Assembly: GCA_032249155.1 (NCBI GenBank)
Contig: JAVVGJ010000003.1
Span: 1 to 37,491 of the forward strand
DNA: 37,491 nt
Source of the DNA: Minisyncoccota bacterium
GTDB taxonomy: Bacteria > Patescibacteriota > Minisyncoccia > UBA6257 > HR35
Direction: 5' to 3'
Of the stretch, positions 1 through 10,264 are shown piece after piece (the first letter of the stretch is position 1; the number at the start of each line of letters is the position of its first letter). The notes beneath the pieces are model-generated. The model did no database searches. It saw only the letters and a program-made list of their open reading frames with translations, and had not been told where the DNA came from. The translations under genes were made by a program, and so were the position numbers.

Positions 1-2
1 TT

Positions 3-380
3 TTATTTGATTTCTACTTTAGCTCCTGCTTGTTCGAATTTTTTCTTTAATTCTTCTGCCTTTGCTTTTTCTATTTGAGAAGCAACTCTTTGCGGTGGAT
101 TATCAACCATATCTTTAGCATCTTTCAAAGACAAGTTAGGATTGATTTCTCTTAAGACTTTAATAACATTAATTTTGTTAGCTCCTGAATCAACCAAAAT
201 AACATCGACAAGAGAAGAAGTTTGTGTTTCTTGGGTTTGTGAGGGAGCTTGAGGAGCAGAAAAAGCAAATTGCATAGGGCTAATATTAAATTTTTCTTCT
301 AAAGCTTTAACAAGTTCATTAAGTTCGACAACTGTTAATTCTTCGATCATTTTAATGATTTGTTCAATTTTTTCTGACAT
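3..380 (-). CDS. rplL: 50S ribosomal protein L7/L12
   Basis: 125-aa ORF with an N-terminal dimerisation helix, an Ala/Pro/Gln hinge and a C-terminal domain (GANKINVIKVLREI...LKDAKDMVD...AGAKVEIK) typical of L7/L12. Lies 12 nt downstream of rplJ. Confidence 0.95.
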   Translation of the reverse strand: MSEKIEQIIKMIEELTVVELNELVKALEEKFNISPMQFAFSAPQAPSQTQETQTSSLVDVILVDSGANKINVIKVLREINPNLSLKDAKDMVDNPPQRVASQIEKAKAEELKKKFEQAGAKVEIK

Positions 381-392
381 TGTTTTTAATTA

Positions 393-896
393 TTATTTTT
401 TAATTGCCGACAAAATTAATAATAATTTAGAAAATGGCATTTTTAAATCGTAAGTTAATCTTTGAAGCGGCAAAGAAAGAGAGAAAATAAGTTTGTAAAT
501 AAGTTCTTCTCTTGATGGAAGATCAACAAGTTCCCAAATATCTCGAGAAGAAAGTTTTTTACCTCTAAAATATCCACCTAAAACTTTTATCTTTTCTTCT
601 TTCTTATAATCTTTAAGAGTTTTTAAAGCAGATAAATTTTCATCTAAAAGCCAAAGAAAACCAAATGGTTCTTTGAGTTCTTCTTCACTGAAAGGAAATT
701 CAGGATTACTTTTATAAATCAAAGTTTTTTTAGCAACTTCAATCAAGCCTCTTTTTTCTTTAACTTGGAGGCGTAAAGTTTGAAGAGTTTCTCCATCCAA
801 ATTAAGTAAACTAAAAATCACATAACCAGGATTTTCTTCAAATTTTGTTTTTAAACTCTCAATAATTTTTGATTTTTCTTTTTTTGTTTTTTTCAT
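393..896 (-). CDS. rplJ: 50S ribosomal protein L10
   Basis: 167-aa ORF with an L10-like N-terminus (KSKIIESLKTKFEEN...VIFSLLNLDGETLQTLRLQVKEK). Shows the conserved rplJ-rplL synteny and has an ATG start at 896. Confidence 0.9.
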   Translation of the reverse strand: MKKTKKEKSKIIESLKTKFEENPGYVIFSLLNLDGETLQTLRLQVKEKRGLIEVAKKTLIYKSNPEFPFSEEELKEPFGFLWLLDENLSALKTLKDYKKEEKIKVLGGYFRGKKLSSRDIWELVDLPSREELIYKLIFSLSLPLQRLTYDLKMPFSKLLLILSAIKK

Positions 897-899
897 TTT

Positions 900-958
900 G
901 CCTCGAGAGGGTTCCTTAAAAGGATTTAAGCCTTTTGGCCCCTCTTTTCTCAGGCTTA
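900..958 (-). promoter_or_regulatory. Structured 5' leader of rplJ (candidate L10 autoregulatory leader)
   Basis: GC-rich island between the predicted TSS (~962) and the rplJ ATG. On the minus strand, an outer stem AGAGGG/CCCTCT encloses hairpins GCC-aaaa-GGC and CTTAAA-tcct-TTTAAG. The position matches known L10 leaders, but it was not tested against a covariance model. Confidence 0.4.
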
Positions 959-968
959 ATTAATAAAA

Positions 969-997
969 ATTATAAGGCAAAATTTATTTGAAGTCAA
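969..997 (-). promoter_or_regulatory. Sigma-70 type promoter of rplJ-rplL
   Basis: The minus strand reads TTGACT (997-992), a 17-nt spacer, then TATAAT (974-969). The -35 overlaps the trpS stop codon. Confidence 0.7.
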
Positions 998-1974
998 ATT
1001 TTTAAGCCAGTAACTTTTATAACTTTTTTAATAATCTCTTCCGAAGCTTTAATGCTTTTTTCTTTTCCTTTTTCTAAAATTTCTAAAACTTCTTTTTTCT
1101 TTAATTTTGATTTCTTTTTTCTTGCCAGATCAAAGTGTTCCAAAAATTTTTTATAAACTTCTCTTTTAAAATCTGCATAGGAAATATCACGAAATTCTTC
1201 TTCTATTTCTGGAAGCGGTTTATTTGTAAGATATTTATAAATTATCATCAAATTGCTTATTCCAGGTTTATTTTCAGGATCATATCTTATTTCTCTTCCA
1301 GAATCTGTAACTGCTTTCATTATTTTTTCTTCAATTTCTTTTTCAGGAGCAAAAATTTCTAAACAACCTTCTGGCATAGATTTAGACATTTTTTTTAAAG
1401 GATTAGAAAGACTCATTATTTTATAAGTTTCTTGTGGAATAAGTGCTTCAGGAATTTTGAAAATTTTTCCAAATCTGGAGTTAAACCTGCGAGCAATTTC
1501 TCTTGTAAGTTCAAGATGTTGTCTTTGATCTTCTCCTACAGGAACTAAATCTGCATTATAAAGTAAAATATCAGCTGCCATTAAAACAGGGTACATTAAA
1601 ATACCAGAACCTACTCCTTCTTTCTTATATTTCTCGCTTTGTTCTTTAAATTCGTGCATTCTTTGAAGTTCTCCTACATAGGTAAAACAACCTAAAATCC
1701 ATGAAAGGTATGGATGCCATGGATTATCAGATTGAAGAAAAAGACTCGTTTTTTTAGGATCAATTCCTAAGGCTAAAAGAGAAGTCACTAAATCATATGT
1801 TAATTCTTGGAGTTCTTTGGGATCATAAGGAACAGTTTGTGCATGTAAATTAGCTATCATTAAAAATACTTCGTTTTTTTCTTGAAGATCAATCACTTGT
1901 CTTATCATTCCTAAATAATTTCCAAGATGGACTTTTCCTGTTGGTTTTATACCTGTAAGAATTCTTTTTTTCAT
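994..1974 (-). CDS. trpS: Tryptophan--tRNA ligase
   Basis: 326 aa with class I motifs: GKVHLGNYLG (HIGH-type) and KMSKS. Length and overall pattern are typical of TrpRS. The start overlaps the upstream stop as ATGA. Confidence 0.95.
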   Translation of the reverse strand: MKKRILTGIKPTGKVHLGNYLGMIRQVIDLQEKNEVFLMIANLHAQTVPYDPKELQELTYDLVTSLLALGIDPKKTSLFLQSDNPWHPYLSWILGCFTYVGELQRMHEFKEQSEKYKKEGVGSGILMYPVLMAADILLYNADLVPVGEDQRQHLELTREIARRFNSRFGKIFKIPEALIPQETYKIMSLSNPLKKMSKSMPEGCLEIFAPEKEIEEKIMKAVTDSGREIRYDPENKPGISNLMIIYKYLTNKPLPEIEEEFRDISYADFKREVYKKFLEHFDLARKKKSKLKKKEVLEILEKGKEKSIKASEEIIKKVIKVTGLKI

Positions 1975-2729
1975 TTTTGCACTTGAAAAAATATTTCTAC
2001 CGCCTCAGGCTCTTCAGAAAGAAAATCAATTATTGATTCAACTTTTTGTGTTTCTTTTGATTTTATTTGAAAATAAGTTCGGGACAGTCCTATTAGTGAG
2101 TTTTCTTTATTGTATAAAAAAATTATAGCTTCTATTTTATCAAAATCATAAATTGAACTGTTATAAACATTAAAAGAAATCCGATAGCCTCCTATTTCTA
2201 GTTTTTCTATTTTTGGTTCATAATAAATAAGATCACGAGAAGAAAATTTTTCTTCAAATTCTTTCCAATCATAGTCATTTATTTCTACTTTTGGTTTAAA
2301 ATCATCAAATTCTGGAGCTCTTACGTTTTGAATGATAAGCCACCTTGTTTCGTTAGGATAAATAAAAGAAGTTTCTTTTGGTGTTTCGAAAATTTTTTTA
2401 CCTTCTTTATCATAAAGTTCAAAATAATATGAAAGTTTTTCTAAACCATATTTTTCATTAGGATTAAAAATTTTAAAAACAAAATCATAACTGCCGTCTT
2501 TGTAAGAAATAAATCTTTTAGAAGAAATTCTTAAAGGCTCTAATTTTTTGACTTCGCAAGGAGGACAAGGACCACCACAATCAATATCTAACTCTCCTTG
2601 ATTTTTTATATTATCAAAACAAGAAGGTTTTGGAGAAAGAAATTTGTAAAGAGAAAAAAATAAAAAGATTAAAAGAGGAGAAACAAAAATTAAAAAAATT
2701 TTAATTTGTTTTAAAAGCCTTTCTGACAT
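1971..2729 (-). CDS. Membrane-anchored hypothetical protein with CX14CGGPCPPC motif
   Basis: The ORF is trimmed to Met22 (MSERLL..., ATG at 2729) because the longer ORF overlaps the 5S rRNA. It has one N-terminal TM helix, then CFDNIKNQGELDIDCGGPCPPC and a beta-rich region. Its stop overlaps the trpS start. Confidence 0.7.
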   Translation of the reverse strand: MSERLLKQIKIFLIFVSPLLIFLFFSLYKFLSPKPSCFDNIKNQGELDIDCGGPCPPCEVKKLEPLRISSKRFISYKDGSYDFVFKIFNPNEKYGLEKLSYYFELYDKEGKKIFETPKETSFIYPNETRWLIIQNVRAPEFDDFKPKVEINDYDWKEFEEKFSSRDLIYYEPKIEKLEIGGYRISFNVYNSSIYDFDKIEAIIFLYNKENSLIGLSRTYFQIKSKETQKVESIIDFLSEEPEAVEIFFQVQK

Positions 2730-2751
2730 TAGTTTAATTTTAAAATAAAAA

Positions 2752-2867
2752 GCCCGGGCAGCACCTACTCTCGCACCCTTAGGTACTACCATCGGCTCCG
2801 GGCCGTTTCACCCAACTGTTCGGAATGTGAAGGGGTGGTTCCAACCCGGATATACAGCCACCCGGGC
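2752..2867 (-). rRNA. rrf: 5S ribosomal RNA
   Basis: The reverse complement reads GCCCGGGTGGC...CCGAACAGTTGGGTGAAACGGCCCGGAGCCGATGGTAGT...GCGAGAGTAGGTGCTGCCCGGGC, the canonical 5S pattern with a closing helix. Lies about 20 nt downstream of the 23S. Confidence 0.9.
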
Positions 2868-2888
2868 AAATTTTATTTTAAAAACTTC

Positions 2889-2912
2889 GAATGATCACTG
2901 CTCAGGTGATTA

Positions 2913-2929
<17 letters not shown>
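2889..2929. repeat. 3' arm of the long inverted repeat flanking 23S (processing stem / helix 1)
   Basis: 2913-2929 GTTAGAAGTTAGCTGAG is the perfect reverse complement of 5929-5945. 2889-2912 pairs imperfectly with 5946-5968. Confidence 0.8.
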
Positions 2930-5928
<2,999 letters not shown>

Positions 5929-5945
<17 letters not shown>

Positions 5946-5968
5946 TATCACCTCAGCACTAATCATTC
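5929..5968. repeat. 5' arm of the long inverted repeat flanking 23S (processing stem / helix 1)
   Basis: Complementary to 2889-2929: 17 bp perfect plus about 23 bp with two mismatches. Typical RNase III-type processing stem. Confidence 0.8.
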
Positions 5969-6056
5969 TCTATTTGAAATTTTTAAGGTACAATCAAAAA
6001 CACCAAAAACAAATTAAAAATAAAAAATGTTAAATCACCAGTTTCTTTTCAAATTT

Positions 6057-6086
6057 ATTATACTATAACCAAAGCTTTGAAGTCAA
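6057..6086 (-). promoter_or_regulatory. Sigma-70 type promoter of the 23S-5S operon
   Basis: The minus strand reads TTGACT (6086-6081), an 18-nt spacer, then TATAAT (6062-6057). This lies about 85 nt upstream of the 23S processing stem. Confidence 0.7.
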
Positions 6087-6103
6087 TACAAAAAATTAAA
6101 GTT

Positions 6104-6781
6104 TTATTTAAATTTTCCTCTTAAATTTTCAAGTACTTCCTTGGCTAAATCTTGTCCACCCAAGCCAAAAGCTAAACCGCCTGCTAAACCAAAGAAAAGC
6201 ATAAAACCAAAAAGAAGAGTATTAATAAGTTCGGTAGCTATACCTAAAACATTCAAAGCAGTAAAAAATGAAAAACCTACAATTGACCACTTGATAATTG
6301 AAGAAGCAAAATCAGCTGTTCTTTTTTCGAAGCCTCTAAAAACTCCATAAAGAATTTTTTTCATTAAATCACCAAAAACAAAACCAGCTAAAACAACAAA
6401 GGCCGAAGTAACAGCTTTGGGTATGAAATAAAGAAGATCTTTAAGAAAACTAGTAACTAATTTAAGACCTAAAATATCTGTAGCTGTCATAAGGAAAAGT
6501 AAAAAAACAAACCAAAAAACTGCTTCTCCTAAAACCTTTGAAGCTTTTTCTTCAAAAGAAAAACCTTCAAAATAACTTGCCAATTTTGTTTTTCGGAGTA
6601 CTTCTTCCAATTTTGAATTTTCAACAACAAGTTCTACTAAAAGTTTAAAGAATTGACTGATAAGCCAACCAACAACAATAACCAAAAGAGCCAAAGTAAG
6701 ATTGATTATACTTTGTAAAAAAACTGGATATAAAGAAAGTAAAAAGGAATTAAAAACATCAAGTAAATTAGTGCTGGCCAT
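6104..6781 (-). CDS. Multi-pass membrane protein (conserved-TM-helix / MscS N-terminal-like repeats), function unknown
   Basis: 225 aa with about 5 hydrophobic helices and repeated L..LL.A.VV...GW/F pattern. ATG at 6781. The family assignment is by eye only. Confidence 0.55.
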   Translation of the reverse strand: MASTNLLDVFNSFLLSLYPVFLQSIINLTLALLVIVVGWLISQFFKLLVELVVENSKLEEVLRKTKLASYFEGFSFEEKASKVLGEAVFWFVFLLFLMTATDILGLKLVTSFLKDLLYFIPKAVTSAFVVLAGFVFGDLMKKILYGVFRGFEKRTADFASSIIKWSIVGFSFFTALNVLGIATELINTLLFGFMLFFGLAGGLAFGLGGQDLAKEVLENLRGKFK

Positions 6782-6877
6782 TTAATTTTTGAATAATTTT
6801 TTTTCTTAATTCGACCTTTAAAAAAATTTTAATAAGAAAATTTGAAATTTTAAAATCGAAATTGTTAATATAAACAC

Positions 6878-6906
6878 TTGACTTTTAAAAAATCATGGTT
6901 TAAAAT
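6878..6906 (+). promoter_or_regulatory. Sigma-70 type promoter
   Basis: TTGACT (6878-6883), a 17-nt spacer, then TAAAAT (6901-6906). It sits in an otherwise featureless 300-nt divergent intergenic region. Confidence 0.6.
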
Positions 6907-6922
6907 GTTAAATATAAAAGCT

Positions 6923-7012
6923 ATGAAACTTACCTCTTTTAACTATATTAATTTGTTTATTTGTCAAAAGGTCACCACAAAAAAGTGGGGGCCTTTTCTT
7001 TTTTGTGTTTAA
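6923..7012 (+). other. 29-codon ORF (MKLTSFNYINLFICQKVTTKKWGPFLFCV) inside the leader; possible leader peptide or non-coding
   Basis: ATG at 6923, TAA at 7010. The ORF runs through hairpin 1. There is no clear Shine-Dalgarno sequence. Confidence 0.2.
6966..7004 (+). terminator. Hairpin 1 with U-tract (intrinsic-terminator-like)
   Basis: AAAAGGTCACCAC - aaaaaa - GTGGGGGCCTTTT forms a 13-bp stem with one mismatch and one G-U pair. It is followed by CTTTTTTG. Confidence 0.5.
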
Positions 7013-7035
7013 AAAATAAAGAAAAATTAAATAAA

Positions 7036-7070
7036 AAAGAAAGGGCCCCCAGAAAGGGGGTCTTTTCTTT
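7036..7070 (+). promoter_or_regulatory. Hairpin 2 (15-bp stem, GC core) immediately upstream of the 7082 CDS
   Basis: AAAGAAAGGGCCCCC - agaaa - GGGGGTCTTTTCTTT. Its 5' arm is also nearly complementary to the 3' arm of hairpin 1, so alternative pairing is possible. Confidence 0.45.
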
Positions 7071-7081
7071 TATAAGAAGAA

Positions 7082-7663
7082 ATGTCAGAATTAACAGGTT
7101 TAAGAGAAAAAATAAGCGAAGTTCTTAAGGCCAAGAGCGTTCCTAATTTTGATTTTTTGCCTCAAGAAGAGGTAAAAGTTTTTATTACTGCTTTAAGAAA
7201 TTTCCCTAAGCTTTTACCTTATTTTGAAATAAAAGCAAAGAAAGAAGATTTAGAAAAATGGGCTTTAATTTATATCTCTCTGCATAACCTTTTTCACGAA
7301 ATTTTTGAAAATTATAAAATAGAAGAAAAAGAGCTTGCTTCGACTTTAAAGATATTTTTAGAAACAGAAAATCTTCTTTCTCAAAATCAAAAAGAACTTC
7401 TTACTTCTTCTTATACTCTTTTAGCTATAGAATCTTTAAACCTCCATCATGAACTTCCTTATCTTATAAGCGAAAAGATAATTTTAGGAGAAAGTTACTT
7501 CTTTGGCGTTTTTGAACCTTCTCTTTGGGGAACTAAAATAGAAAGCGAAAAACTTTTAGAAGTAGTAAAAAATGTTAATAAAAAATTTGAAGAAGGAGAT
7601 ATACAGAAACTAATAGAAGCTTATAAGAATTTTAAGTTTGATATTTTAAAATTTAAATTTTAA
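7082..7663 (+). CDS. Hypothetical protein (all-alpha, no recognised motif)
   Basis: 193-aa ORF with an ATG start and codon/amino-acid usage like its neighbours. Its 3' end overlaps the convergent 7653..8909 CDS by 11 nt. Confidence 0.65.
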   Translation: MSELTGLREKISEVLKAKSVPNFDFLPQEEVKVFITALRNFPKLLPYFEIKAKKEDLEKWALIYISLHNLFHEIFENYKIEEKELASTLKIFLETENLLSQNQKELLTSSYTLLAIESLNLHHELPYLISEKIILGESYFFGVFEPSLWGTKIESEKLLEVVKNVNKKFEEGDIQKLIEAYKNFKFDILKFKF

Positions 7664-8909
7664 AAAGAATCGTAAAAACTAAAGTAATTAAAGTTATAAA
7701 AATAAGTGGCAAAAAGATTTCAATTATTTTAGAGTTAGAAGAATAAATTTCTGCTTTTCCTTTATTTAAAATTGACTTATCAAAATCATTAGTTTCAATT
7801 TCTTCTTTTGAGATCTTATTAGCTTTTACTTCTTCTTTGGATTCTTCAACTTTTAAATTATTTTCTTGATAGCTTTCTTTTTCGTTTTCTCTTCCAGGTG
7901 TTGGCAAGGCCCAAAACCATTCTTCTTCGTTTCTTGAAAAAGAAAGACCTTCTGGCGCTTTTCCTGAATAAGAAATTTTATAAAGAGTTTCTTTATCTTT
8001 CAAAAGACTAATTTCTTCTCCTGAATTTCTTATATAAAATCTATAGTCACTATTTCTTAAAACTTTAAATTCTTTTTCCTTAATTTCTCCGCTAAGTTTT
8101 AATTTAAATCTTCCTACTTTTAAAGTTAAGCCATCTAAATTTAACTTTTTGTCACATTCATTATAAAGTTCTATAAATTCTCTATTTTCATCCCTGCCTT
8201 CAGGATTAGGCAAAAATTCGTTGATCACAAGACAAGAAAAATCTTCTTCAGACATCGTAGACGTACTTATTAAACTTAATAAACTAGATGTAGAAATTTC
8301 ACTCGATGAAGATTTTAAAGAAATTTTTTCTTCATTATTTTGAGAAGCATTTTTTTCTTTAACATCCTCTTCAATTTTTTCTTTTATTTCCAATTTTCTT
8401 TCATCTGGATAAACTCCGGGATTTCCACCTTTTTGACTATTTTCATAACAAATGTTATTTATAAAAATAATTGAATAGCTGTTTCCATTTCCGCCGCAGG
8501 TATTTGAATATTCTCTATAAGCCCTTAAATTTTTATTTTCATCAAAAATGCTTATAATACCCTTTTCGTTTCTTAAACTCATATTTTTAACTTCTATTAT
8601 CTTTCCTCTAAAAGAAGGGTATTCACTCAAAAATTTTTGCTTATTTTGAGCGATAATTAAAACTTCGTTAGGATTTAAAATCACTTCAGTTTCCTCAAAA
8701 AGATGGTTACTTCCATCATTAAATCTCCAACCTTTCTTACCTCCAAAAATTTTTATGGATGCCGAAGAAAGATTAACTACTTCTACCCATTCTCTTCCTT
8801 CATCACTGCCTTCAGGACTGTACATTATTTCAGAAATATAAAGATCACTAGCGAAAACTAAATTTGAAAGAAAAAAGAAAAAGAAAAAGATTTTCTTAAA
8901 ATCTAACAT
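7653..8909 (-). CDS. Exported protein with two lamin-tail domains (LTD) and a C-terminal TM anchor
   Basis: N-terminal signal-like FFFFFFLSNLVFA. Two LTD signatures: LYISEIMYSPEGSDEGREWVEVVNLS and LVINEFLPNPEGRDENREFIELYNEC. A Ser/Thr-rich linker lies between them, and the C-terminus has the hydrophobic helix IFLPLIFITLITLVFTILF. Confidence 0.8.
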   Translation of the reverse strand: MLDFKKIFFFFFFLSNLVFASDLYISEIMYSPEGSDEGREWVEVVNLSSASIKIFGGKKGWRFNDGSNHLFEETEVILNPNEVLIIAQNKQKFLSEYPSFRGKIIEVKNMSLRNEKGIISIFDENKNLRAYREYSNTCGGNGNSYSIIFINNICYENSQKGGNPGVYPDERKLEIKEKIEEDVKEKNASQNNEEKISLKSSSSEISTSSLLSLISTSTMSEEDFSCLVINEFLPNPEGRDENREFIELYNECDKKLNLDGLTLKVGRFKLKLSGEIKEKEFKVLRNSDYRFYIRNSGEEISLLKDKETLYKISYSGKAPEGLSFSRNEEEWFWALPTPGRENEKESYQENNLKVEESKEEVKANKISKEEIETNDFDKSILNKGKAEIYSSNSKIIEIFLPLIFITLITLVFTILFKI

Positions 8910-9234
8910 TTAAAAACCTATCCAAAGAAATTTTTCCCGGACCTATAAAAATTAAAACTAATATTAAAGAAATTTTAAAAATTTCTAATGTTAAATCATT
9001 TTTTTCTAAAAATTTTTTTGTTAAATTAAAAAATTCGTAAAATAAAAGAAAGAAACTTACAAAAGAAGTGTAAAAACCTAAAGATAAAAAAATTGATGAA
9101 GTAATTAAAAAAAGAGAAAGAAAATATTTGTCTTCTTTGTTTTGCTTTAAAGCCTCTTTAAAATAATAGTAAGATAAAGAAAGTCTCACTATTAAAAGGG
9201 AAAGAAAATCAAAAAACCATAAATCTTGAATCAT
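8896..9234 (-). CDS. DoxX-like small membrane protein
   Basis: 112 aa with 3-4 TM helices. The C-terminal FIGPGKISLDRFL resembles the DoxX GPGxxSLD signature. It overlaps the LTD gene start by 14 nt. Confidence 0.5.
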   Translation of the reverse strand: MIQDLWFFDFLSLLIVRLSLSYYYFKEALKQNKEDKYFLSLFLITSSIFLSLGFYTSFVSFFLLFYEFFNLTKKFLEKNDLTLEIFKISLILVLIFIGPGKISLDRFLNVRF

Positions 9235-10264
9235 GGAAGAAAAAATATCTTACTTAGCTTTATCTTATAATTTTAAACCTCCTAATAAAAAAGTTTTATC
9301 TCTCTATAAAAAATATAAATCTTTTTCGAAAGTTTTTCAACTTTTAGAAAACGAGTTTAAATTTAAACTTGATTGGGAAAAGGAATATTTAAAACTTAAA
9401 AACTTAGGTGGTGAGATTCTTTTAATAAACGAAAAAAGTTTTCCAGAAGAACTTAAATTTAACCAAACTTTTGTTTTAGGTATTTTTGTTTTGGGAGAAA
9501 TTAATTTAAATAAATTCAAAGAAAAAGTAGCTATTGTTGGGACAAGAAAACCAACAAAAATTGGAGAAAAAACTGCTAAAAATTTTTCTTACGTTTTAGC
9601 AAAAAATGGCCTTTGTATTGTTAGCGGTTTAGCTTATGGTATAGACTTAGCTGCTCATTTAGGAAGTTTAGAAGCTAAAAAAGAAAATATTGCTGTTATT
9701 GGCTCTGGTTTTGATTTTATTTTAAAAGACCCAAGAAAAAAATATGTAGAAAAAATTATTGAAATTGGCGGAAGCATCGTGAGCGAATATCCCCCAAAAA
9801 CTCCTCCTTTAAATTATCATTTTCCTTTAAGGAATAGAATTATAGCAGCTTTAAGTAAAATAGTAATCATTATTGAAGCTCCTGAAAAATCTGGCGCTTT
9901 AATTACTGCTAAATTTGCTTTGGAATACGGTAAAGATGTTTACGCTTTGCCTGGAAGCATTTATGAAAAAAATTATTTAGGAAACTTAAAACTTATCCAA
10001 GAGGGTGCTTTTCTTTTAATTTCACCTGAAGAAGTTCTTGAAATTTTTGGAATAAGAAAAAACAAAATGATAGTTGAATTAGAAGATGATGAAGAAAAAA
10101 TTTATAAAATGATTAAAGAAAAACCAAGAAGCATTGAAGAATTAACAAAAGAATCAGGTTTAGATGTTTCTCAAATTTTAAAAATTATCACTTCTTTAGA
10201 AATTAAAAACTTAATTTTTGCTAAAGAAGGAAAATATTATTCAAATGAAAATTATAATTGTTGA
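9233..10264 (+). CDS. dprA: DNA processing protein DprA (Smf)
   Basis: Rossmann-like core motifs: VAIVGTRKPT, IVSGLAYGIDLAAHLGSL, IAVIGSGFD, FPLRNRIIAALS, IIEAPEKSGALITAKFALEYGKDVYALPG. Shows the conserved dprA-topA synteny. Confidence 0.9.
   Translation: MEEKISYLALSYNFKPPNKKVLSLYKKYKSFSKVFQLLENEFKFKLDWEKEYLKLKNLGGEILLINEKSFPEELKFNQTFVLGIFVLGEINLNKFKEKVAIVGTRKPTKIGEKTAKNFSYVLAKNGLCIVSGLAYGIDLAAHLGSLEAKKENIAVIGSGFDFILKDPRKKYVEKIIEIGGSIVSEYPPKTPPLNYHFPLRNRIIAALSKIVIIIEAPEKSGALITAKFALEYGKDVYALPGSIYEKNYLGNLKLIQEGAFLLISPEEVLEIFGIRKNKMIVELEDDEEKIYKMIKEKPRSIEELTKESGLDVSQILKIITSLEIKNLIFAKEGKYYSNENYNC

Noticed and set aside
2730-2792. N-terminal extension (MVVPKGARVGAARAFYFKIKL) of the 1971..2792 ORF.
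   Set aside because: It overlaps the 5S rRNA gene. The internal ATG at 2729 gives a sensible membrane-anchored start.
5970-6056. Possible boxA-like antitermination element in the rRNA leader (…TGTACCTTAAAAAT…).
   Set aside because: It has only a loose resemblance to the boxA consensus and cannot be supported without comparative data.
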